Shown piece after piece: positions 1 through 8,064 of a DNA stretch of 46,937 nucleotides. Source of the stretch: Trichomonas gallinae (Eukaryota). Both the position numbers and the translations under genes were made by a program. The stretch is from assembly GCA_008369845.1 (NCBI GenBank), contig MRSU01010447.1, positions 1 through 46,937 on the forward strand, written 5' to 3'. The first letter of the stretch is position 1; each line of letters begins with the position of its first letter. Under the pieces are notes generated by a model. It was not told the origin of the DNA, ran no database searches, and saw only the letters and a list, made by a program, of their open reading frames with translations.

Positions 1-77
1 ATTTTATCAATTAAAGATTTAAGGTGATTTTTGTCTGCCCTTTTTTCCGGCGTCTGCCCTTTTTTCTTGCCACTCTA
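1..77. mobile_element. Possible terminus of a DNA transposon or MITE with subterminal direct repeats
   Basis: Seen: a perfect 15-bp direct repeat GTCTGCCCTTTTTTC at 33-47 and 52-66. The minus strand reads TAGAGTGGCAAG from 77, then the repeats. Inference: resembles a hAT-like (TAG...) end. The partner end is not in the window. Confidence 0.3.
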
Positions 78-755
78 ATTATTTTATTATTTCCCAAGTC
101 ATCGCAATCTGAATATTTATCATCCAACTAGTTTCCAACTAGAAAACAATAAAATTGTTCAAAATTGTGACTTTTTAAAGATTTTTCCATAATTTTCTTT
201 ACGAATTAACGAAAATGAAACCAAAAATGATATCAAGTCATCCAATGGAATAATATATTGCAAAACCTTGATTACATTTCCATTTGGCGATAATTTTATA
301 AAATTTTATAAAAACAGCCTTAGAGTCATATCTTCAACAAATCATAGAGATTATGCAATATATAGTCTAATTTTTAGCGCAAAGGAACGAAAAATCAATT
401 TCGAAATTTTCGATAACACTAATATTAGTTGACTTCTCATCTAATAACTATATTAGATCAAGCATACGAGATTCGATAGCGAAAAATTACGAAATTCAAA
501 TTTGAAAATCCAAATTGTCGGATCCAGATTCCAATTTTCGCATATTCGTTGCACTCACAGATTTTGTAAACCATGTTCAAAATAAAGACTTAGTTTTGAC
601 CGTGGATTCAATTCGTTCATAAAAACATACAAAATAAAATGACATGTAAAATAAAAAGTGACAATATAAAAAAAACTCGAATTGGATTATTTGAACATTT
701 GGTAAAGTTCTATTCATAATCTTTGAAATTCTATGAACTGCATTTCTGAGTATTT

Positions 756-1016
756 AACGGTTTGGCGGGAAAGAACAAAACCGCTTTTAAGTTTTCTATC
801 ATAGTTCGTTTATTAGTTAAAATTTAACTATTTTTAGATTAAAAACGAATTTCATAAAAGCGGTTTTTCATTTTTAATAACATAATAATTGAAGAATATT
901 TGAGGGAATAATGGTTTTGGCGGGAAAACCCAAAGCAACCGCTGTTATCGTTCCACTGCGATTATGCTATTCTTCGATTTTATGTCATTATTTTAAACTT
1001 TTAAAAAACGGTTTTT
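756..1016 (+). promoter_or_regulatory. Cluster of E2F-like and Myb/M3-like sites upstream of the ubiquitin-like gene
   Basis: Seen: TTTGGCGGGAAA at 761-772 and TTTTGGCGGGAAAA at 915-928, plus AACGGTT (756), AAAACCGCTTTT (777-788), AAAGCGGTTTTT (857-868), AACCGCTG (~938) and AAAAAACGGTTTTT (1003-1016). These resemble the E2F consensus TTTSSCGSSAAA and Myb-type AAC(G/C)G sites. Confidence 0.5.
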
Positions 1017-1140
1017 AATTTTTATTGTGAAGTTTACATTCATATTTTGAATTTTTTATGATAACAAATTGTTTTATGCAAATTACAATAAAATTTTCAA
1101 AAAAACCTGTTTTGAAATTTTGAATTTTTTAGAGAATAAA

Positions 1141-1722
1141 ATGGATGATACAATAAGTATCATCCTGAGAACCAATGACGGAAATAGCACGAAGATCAGT
1201 GCCCCAAGATCACTCTCTCTCCGTGAGGCTGTGAGTGAATCGAAAAATTTCAGCCAAATCCCAGGAGATTTCTTCTTTTTGTACAACGGAATAGATCTTC
1301 ACATAGATTTGTCACTCTACGCCTTGGATCTCAAAGATAATGACGTTATATACATTGTTAAGCGCAGACACATCAAGCCTCCGAATTTGAATTTTTATTC
1401 TGATATTCGTAAGAGATATTACTACAATGAATCAGGCCCTGCCTTAGCATATCAGGAGGCCCTTAAGATGTCTGACTTACAGTTCTCTAATATCGAACTT
1501 GACCGAGGCGCTCAACACATATACGGTAATATGAGGAGAAAACAGAACGAGCTTCTTCCTGAGCCGCCTAGCATCCCATCTTGCACGAATTTCATGCCCA
1601 CTGCACCTGCTTCCATTTCCCAGACAACTCTTCCAATGCCTTGGACGACGAACGGAAAGCCATACATAAGATGCCCTGTTGTTCAATATACAAAGAATTC
1701 TACTGATAACCAACAAGAATAA
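1141..1722 (+). CDS. Protein with an N-terminal ubiquitin-like domain and Pro-rich C-terminus (193 aa)
   Basis: The ORF-track start at 1069 is TTG; the first ATG is at 1141. ISIILRTNDGNSTKIS...FFFLYNGIDLHIDLSLYALDLKDNDVIYIV fits the ubiquitin-like beta-grasp pattern. No di-glycine. Confidence 0.7.
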   Translation: MDDTISIILRTNDGNSTKISAPRSLSLREAVSESKNFSQIPGDFFFLYNGIDLHIDLSLYALDLKDNDVIYIVKRRHIKPPNLNFYSDIRKRYYYNESGPALAYQEALKMSDLQFSNIELDRGAQHIYGNMRRKQNELLPEPPSIPSCTNFMPTAPASISQTTLPMPWTTNGKPYIRCPVVQYTKNSTDNQQE

Positions 1723-2526
1723 TTGACCCTTAGATTATTCTACTTGTTTTTTTATATATTTTTATGCGATTTTGAATTAAAGTATAATGCTGTTTGTTCA
1801 CTTTCTTATCCAACTGCTTTTTTTTTTCTTCTTATTTTTTTTCTTGGTGAAAAAATTCTTAGAGGAAATATGTTTATTTTTGCTGATTCTAACAAAGCAT
1901 TCATACCATATATGGTATATTTCTATTCCGTTGTTGGAAAAAACAAAATTATTTTCCAGAAAAAAAATTGTTAACGATAATGTACTATTTTATAATGAGA
2001 TTTCGATAGAGTAAATGTATCTATTTGATAAATAAACTTCAATGCTTTCTGAAATTATTTTATATTTCAAAAATAAAATTTTAGCGATTACATGATATTT
2101 AAATATGACATTTTAATTATATATACTCTATCTTAAAATATTACAATATATTGAAAGATAAATATCCAATTATATATCCCAACAAAAAATATCAACGATA
2201 TATGATCGTCTGTGATTAAATTTAACACATATTCCATCCATATAAATATAATCAAGTTATTGATAAGAATAATCATAAAATAATTTTCAAAATAAAATTT
2301 CTTATCGACAATACAAAATATCTGATGAAAATCGATATATATTATAATTATGGATAATAATTCTAGTTATTAATCGGCCTAATCACAAAATATATTTTTC
2401 CAGATAAAATTTCTTTTCGACAATGTAGCATTTTTCGATGATAGTTTATCATATTTCACAAAATTAAAGATATATCAAGGTCTAAACTGGGAAAATATAA
2501 TGGATTTTTTGATGTGAAATGAGTAA

Positions 2527-2534
2527 AAAGTGAC
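2527..2534 (+). promoter_or_regulatory. AAAGTGAC core-promoter-like motif immediately upstream of the CCP start codon
   Basis: Seen: AAAGTGAC ends 5 nt before ATG 2540. Recalled as an over-represented Trichomonas 5' motif; not verified here. Confidence 0.4.
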
Positions 2535-2539
2535 ACTCT

Positions 2540-4279
2540 ATGAGTTTCAACGAAGAGGAAGAAACCGGAGAAGCTTTGCACGAGTGTCCGGAAAGAAGCA
2601 CGATTTCTGTGGAACATCCTGGCCTTCCTCCAAAAGAGAGATCCAAATTCGCAAATACAAAGGATCCTAATTATCCGAAAGATCTCTGGCGACTTGGCAA
2701 ACTTATTTACCATTTGACATGTAAAGAGAAGTGTCTGCCACCACCTGAGTCCCCTGATGATAAAGTTTTGCGATTTGATTCACGCTTCGAAAGTGGAAAT
2801 CTTGCGCGAGCTTATTTAATAGAAGAAAACAAATACCACCTAGTGCTAGAGTATGACTCTGATGGATCAGCGCAGTGGTTCTACTTTAAGATCCAAAATG
2901 CTCAGCCAAATACAAAATACGAATTTTATATCTCTGGATTTCACAAAGATTATTTAATCTTTGCAGATGGTCATAAATGCTTCATGTATAGTGAACGAAG
3001 AGCAAAAGAAGAAAACATTTCGTGGACTAGATTCGGAGATAATTATAATTTTGCAGTAACTGCAAGAACAAAGACAAAAAAGAAGCGTGCAACAGTTAAC
3101 TTCGAAGCTGAATTCCCTTACGCTGATGATACTTATTATTTGTGCCTCGCAATTCCGTATACTTACACATACTTAAAGAGAAGCATTCAGAACTGGGGAG
3201 AAAAGTATCCAGAGATATTCAAATCAGATATACTATGCAACTCATATGGTGGAAGAGAAGTTCCTGTTATAAATATAACAAATCCAAATTCTTCAATTCC
3301 AGAAGTAGGAAAATCATGCATATTTTTCACAGGACGCATCCACCCAGGTGAAGCAAATGGTTCACACGTTCTTCACGGCTTGATTGATTATTTGCTTAGT
3401 GAAGATCCAACGGCAAAGTACATTCTTGATCACTGCATTGTCACCATTGTCCCAATGATTGCCGTTGATGGTGTCATTGAAGGCTCAACTCGTGTAAATG
3501 TTTTTGGCGATGATCTTTCGAGAATGTGGGAGACTCCGGACCCAACACGTCATCCAGTCATCTGTGCAACCAAGTCCCTCATCGCTAACACTGCCACAAT
3601 CAGGCCAATCAGTCTTTACATAGATTTCCACGGACACATGGGATTACACGGCGCTTTTTGCTACGGATGCCCCAACTCAGAGGATGAAGGTCTAAGAAAT
3701 GCAGAGAAAATGTTTCCACGCCTATTTGCTCTGCTCTCGAATGAGGCATCATGGGAAAACTGCACTTTTACGTTCCCAAAGGCCAGGAAAGGTGCAGGAA
3801 GGATAGTAGTGAGGAAGGAACTCGGTGTTATTCAGTCTTTTACCGTAGAAACAAGTTTCGGTGGAATAATTTCTGGCCCTGACGCTGGAATCCTTTACGA
3901 TGAAGATCTGTGGCACAGGGTTGGCGAGAGATGCGGAACAGCTGCATACCACTTGCTTATTCCGACTGCTTCTCCACTTGTCGCTTACGTGAACAAAGAG
4001 CTGCCTTTCTTCGTCTCAACGTCGAACAGAAGAGCGGAGAGGTTCAGGGAGGAGCAGGAGGACGACACGTCTAAGGACGATGAGACTAAGGATAACGCTG
4101 ATGATGCCAAAGACGACGAAAACTCGACATTGCTGAAGAGCCAAGGGAAAGGAAAGATTTACCACTCGATGCAGAACAACTTCTTCATCAGCTGCAAGCC
4201 AGATAGCATCTCGTGCAGCAAAGCAGCGTCACTCAAGAAGCCAAAATGGAAACAGATGCAATTAGTAGCATCAAAATGA
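2540..4279 (+). CDS. Cytosolic zinc carboxypeptidase, M14 CCP/Nna1/AGBL family (tubulin deglutamylase-like), 579 aa
   Basis: CCP N-domain motifs FDSRFESGNL, QWFYF and PYTY; zinc-ligand motifs RIHPGEANGS and IDFHGH; catalytic-Glu region SFTVETSFGG. Confidence 0.92.
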   Translation: MSFNEEEETGEALHECPERSTISVEHPGLPPKERSKFANTKDPNYPKDLWRLGKLIYHLTCKEKCLPPPESPDDKVLRFDSRFESGNLARAYLIEENKYHLVLEYDSDGSAQWFYFKIQNAQPNTKYEFYISGFHKDYLIFADGHKCFMYSERRAKEENISWTRFGDNYNFAVTARTKTKKKRATVNFEAEFPYADDTYYLCLAIPYTYTYLKRSIQNWGEKYPEIFKSDILCNSYGGREVPVINITNPNSSIPEVGKSCIFFTGRIHPGEANGSHVLHGLIDYLLSEDPTAKYILDHCIVTIVPMIAVDGVIEGSTRVNVFGDDLSRMWETPDPTRHPVICATKSLIANTATIRPISLYIDFHGHMGLHGAFCYGCPNSEDEGLRNAEKMFPRLFALLSNEASWENCTFTFPKARKGAGRIVVRKELGVIQSFTVETSFGGIISGPDAGILYDEDLWHRVGERCGTAAYHLLIPTASPLVAYVNKELPFFVSTSNRRAERFREEQEDDTSKDDETKDNADDAKDDENSTLLKSQGKGKIYHSMQNNFFISCKPDSISCSKAASLKKPKWKQMQLVASK

Positions 4280-4580
4280 GAATATTATATATATTTTTAT
4301 AGAATTTTGTTGATAAAATGTGTTTTATTCTTTCTTAGTGTTTTTATATCATTATCTAGTCTCCAACTTCCCACACTCTTGAATATATTCAGATCAAAAT
4401 CACTAAAATTGTAAAATTTAAATTCATGTTGTTCCTTTCCTATTAAACTAGATAATAGCAATGCAATAGCAAAGTATATATTCATGTTTTCAAATAGAGA
4501 AGAGCAAATCAATGTTTCAAAAAATAAATCATGAAAGAAATTTTTATTACAAACAAAATTAAAAATAAAAATAAAAAAAC

Positions 4581-7139
4581 CTAGTTCCAATCGTCGACAC
4601 TGAAGAAGTCCGATGAGTGGTGTTCTTTCGTCATTAATGGTGGATCTTCGAATCTTAGTTCGCCAGGTTCCATGTCTTCTGAGTCTTCGTCAAAGTTAGG
4701 AATGTTACTCTTCAGCTCTTGTTTAACTTTGAACTCTTCGAGCATCAACTTCTTCTTCATCGTCTTTCCCAACTGTTCCTCTTCTTCTTCGTCTTCTTCC
4801 TCTTCTGTTGGCGCCAAGAATACGTTTACTTCCTCTGGGACTCTTGGAGGTGGCCTGTGGAAGTCTTCGTATGACTTTGGCTGGAATGGATTGATCGCAT
4901 TCTCATTTTGCTGAGGATGATGAATTACTTTACTTGATTCCGAAATCTCTTGGTTCTGTTCATTTGGATGGATTGAAAACATGGATTTAACAGGTGACTG
5001 CTCTTCTTTTGTTATTGATTTCTCTGATTTAACTGACTCCGGTGATTTTTCGGATTTGGAGATTTCACTTTTTGCCGGCTCTTTCTTCGCTGGATGACTG
5101 CTTTGTCTGCGCGAACTTGTTGACTGAAAACTAGAGTTCGATGAATGCTTGAACATCGACTGTATCTTATTGACTGGCTCAGGATCTTTGACTTCTTCTT
5201 GTTTGGATATCGAGAGCTTTCTTTGATTCGTTGGCTCATCTTCTGAGTAGTAATAATAGTCTTCCTCTTCTTCATCGATTTCTTCTTCCTCTTCGAATTC
5301 ACTCGTTTCAGCTTTCGGTTCTTCCTTGTTTTCACATTGTTTGCTTGGCTTCGATGGCTGGAAATGATCAGACTCGTCGAACTCGCAGACAGTTGATTCT
5401 ATTTGCGGCAAAGTTTCGGGCTGACGGATTGTTTTATCGATTACAAAACCTTCTTCTTCGTCATCGTCGCTCAAATCGTCCTTCATAATCAGCGAGCCTT
5501 CGATGTGGCTCTGCGAATTCTCACTAAGCGTGTCAAGCAATGACTGGCTGGGGGCTGGCTTCTTGCTAATCTCGTGTATGTCATATGGAGAATCAGAGAT
5601 AATCGACGCTGATTGATTTGGAAGAGGAATTTCGTGGTCAAGTTCTTCCTTGAGCTGCTGCCTGACAGCATCATATTCAGCGGCGTTTATATCTTTGTCT
5701 ATTATCTTAATGAGCTCTGGGTTCTTCTGGACGCCAAGGCTCTCCATTGTCGAGCGAACTTGGTCTGAAATGAAGGAAGAAATGTTCGAAATTTGGTGTT
5801 CTGTGATTTCATTCGATTTCTTGTGCTTCGAGATCAACTCTTTGGCGCGATTTATAACTGCTTCGTCCTTTTTAGGCGAGTTGTTGCTGATAAACATTTG
5901 CTGTAGGTCTGGTTTCTTGGAAGATCTGAATTCTTTTCTGTCGTCAAGTAGAGAAAGCATTGAACGTTGATGTACTTCTTCTATGAATGAAGACTGTGTG
6001 GCCCACATTGCTGTAGGCCTGTCTTCGTCTTGTTCTGATTCGATTTCTTGTTGTAAAGTGACTTTTATTGGAACAACCGGACGGCTCGGCGGATTTTTGA
6101 TTGATTTGGATGATCCATATGTTTTCTCCCAGTTTCCCCATGATTGGCCAAGCTCATCAACGGCCATTGAAAGTGATTGACTGATCTCTTCGTGAATTGT
6201 CTTATTTAAGTTGTCTTCGTTATTCTGTGGTGGATAGTCATCAGTTGCAATTGAAAAGTTGAGATTTTGTTGAGATTCAAAATTTTCATATTTTGAATTC
6301 GTGTCTTGTTTGGGTTCATGTGTGTTAATTATTGATATATCATTTAAATTACGTGTAACCATTTGATTTTCGGCTTCATTTATTAAAGATTGAGTGTGAT
6401 TTAGTTTTTCTTCAAGTTTTTCAACTCTTGACTTTGATTCTCGTTTCTTTTCGATATCTTTTTCGTTAGCTCTTAACTGTCTTTCATTTTCAAGCTGATC
6501 TTTCAGTTCTTTGTATAATTGCAATAATTGTACAAGTTCTGGGCTTTGAGGGGCGATTTGCGGTTGTTGTACAGGCTGAGGAGACATGTTCCTTATCTGG
6601 CGCCACGCATTTTCGTATTGTTGATGATCTTTGTGAAAATGTTTATCGAGATATCCAATATTTTTGTATTTTTTGCGGCAAATTGGGCATCTTTCGAAGT
6701 CACTTGGTTTCTTTTTGGATTGCTCTTCTAATCTCTTGTAAGCTTGAAAGATTTTCTTTAATTTTTCAGATTGATTTTTCATTTCCTTTTTCTGAGTCTC
6801 TATTTTCTTCTGCATCTGTTTCTGGACATCTGACATGTAAAGAAGTGAATATTGGAGGATTAAACAAAGCCTAAGCAGTAGAGGATGATTTATTAATCTT
6901 GAATTGCATTTTTCGAAGTCCGCAACTATAAAATCTGATATAAATGGCTGAAGTTCGGCGATGTTTCCATTTCTTTTCAGCATAATTGGATCAAGATTTT
7001 TTATCAAATTCCAATCTAATGGTTCTTCGCCAACAAACTGCTGCTGCGGCACTGATTGTGGTATCCCTTGATACTGCGGCTGCCCCTGGTATGGATAATC
7101 CATTGATCCATAAGGCATCCCGTAATTCTGATTCCACAT
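4581..7139 (-). CDS. DZIP1/Iguana-like protein: Dzip-like N domain, C2H2 zinc finger, coiled coil and long acidic disordered tail (852 aa)
   Basis: LDWNLIKNLDP...IAELQPFISDF...HPLLLRLCLILQYSLLYMSDVQ matches the Dzip-like_N pattern, followed by CPICRKKYKNIGYLDKHFHKDH. ATG at 7139 (7142 is TTG), with Inr TCATT at 7152-7148. Confidence 0.8.
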   Translation of the reverse strand: MWNQNYGMPYGSMDYPYQGQPQYQGIPQSVPQQQFVGEEPLDWNLIKNLDPIMLKRNGNIAELQPFISDFIVADFEKCNSRLINHPLLLRLCLILQYSLLYMSDVQKQMQKKIETQKKEMKNQSEKLKKIFQAYKRLEEQSKKKPSDFERCPICRKKYKNIGYLDKHFHKDHQQYENAWRQIRNMSPQPVQQPQIAPQSPELVQLLQLYKELKDQLENERQLRANEKDIEKKRESKSRVEKLEEKLNHTQSLINEAENQMVTRNLNDISIINTHEPKQDTNSKYENFESQQNLNFSIATDDYPPQNNEDNLNKTIHEEISQSLSMAVDELGQSWGNWEKTYGSSKSIKNPPSRPVVPIKVTLQQEIESEQDEDRPTAMWATQSSFIEEVHQRSMLSLLDDRKEFRSSKKPDLQQMFISNNSPKKDEAVINRAKELISKHKKSNEITEHQISNISSFISDQVRSTMESLGVQKNPELIKIIDKDINAAEYDAVRQQLKEELDHEIPLPNQSASIISDSPYDIHEISKKPAPSQSLLDTLSENSQSHIEGSLIMKDDLSDDDEEEGFVIDKTIRQPETLPQIESTVCEFDESDHFQPSKPSKQCENKEEPKAETSEFEEEEEIDEEEEDYYYYSEDEPTNQRKLSISKQEEVKDPEPVNKIQSMFKHSSNSSFQSTSSRRQSSHPAKKEPAKSEISKSEKSPESVKSEKSITKEEQSPVKSMFSIHPNEQNQEISESSKVIHHPQQNENAINPFQPKSYEDFHRPPPRVPEEVNVFLAPTEEEEDEEEEEQLGKTMKKKLMLEEFKVKQELKSNIPNFDEDSEDMEPGELRFEDPPLMTKEHHSSDFFSVDDWN

Positions 7140-7406
7140 CAAGAAAAAATGAAAATCTACAAGATTTCAAGCCAAACAATAATAACAAAAATCTCATTTT
7201 GAGGTAAATCATTCGTTAAATCCTTATTTTTCTTCAATTTTTCAATCATTAAAATAATTGATCCATAACAGCATTAATTAATGCAGTTCTCACCATATTA
7301 GTTCAATTTCTGTTATTCCGAACTATTTCTTCGTTCAATTTTCCATATCTATTTGATTCGAATATTCTTTGGACATATATAATCATAATTCGGTTATATG
7401 ACGTAG

Positions 7407-7675
7407 AAAAATAATGATGAACATGATGCGCAGGTTTCCATCTCGTCTCTTAAGTTCTCATTAAATATTGAAGTTATAGATAAAGAATTGCTTAGTGGCC
7501 AACATTTCTCGACAGAATCAGATGATGAAAGCTTAGCAGTTGATGATATGCCTAAGATCTTTTGCGAGGAGTCAGAAAAAGAGGCCCATCATCAATTAAA
7601 AAGACAAAGTTCCTGGTGAAGCAATTTCTCACAGAAATTGGTGTCGCCTATGATGATGAAAGTGCTGAGTATTAA
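7407..7675 (+). pseudogene. Decayed coding fragment with an apparent frameshift
   Basis: Frame 7407-7619 is open (KNNDEHDAQVSISSLKFSLNIEVIDKELLSGQHFSTESDDESLAVDDMPKIFCEESEKEAHHQL...). A shifted frame continues TKFLVKQFLTEIGVAYDDESAEY* to 7675. GC is higher than the flanks and there is no ATG at its start. Confidence 0.4.
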
Positions 7676-8064
7676 ATATTTAATAAACGAGCACTTTGAA
7701 ATGTTGTTTCAAAGTGTTTTACTGCTTAAAATTCACAGACTCCTATAGTCCTCTTCAGAGCTTCAATATTACCATCTGTATTAGTCACAAAAAAAAAATC
7801 ATCTTTGAACAAAATACCATATAGTTAACCTGTAACTTATTATCTTGGCAAACAAGCATCTATACTTCAAAGTTATTTAGGTTCTTAATCTGAGAACAAC
7901 TTATATATTCAAGTCTCATTCTATTCTAGAGCAGAGAGTTTGGGTTTTTCCTGACATTCATATCATTATAAGTTTTGATTTCCATATCTTTATGTTAAAA
8001 AAATTTAATTATAATCTATTTATTTTAGACTAAATAAACATAAAAAACAAAAAATAAGTATAAA

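Noticed and set aside
1723..2014. Short ORFs after the ubiquitin-like gene
   Set aside because: F/I/K/L-rich translations of T-rich 3' flanking DNA. ORFs at 4297-4590, 14525-14737 and 33692-34276 were rejected likewise.
7521..7668. Box C (ATGATGA) and box D (CTGA) words suggesting a snoRNA
   Set aside because: The words fall on Asp-Asp-Glu and Ala-Glu codons of the decayed frame. I saw no terminal stem or recognisable rRNA guide.
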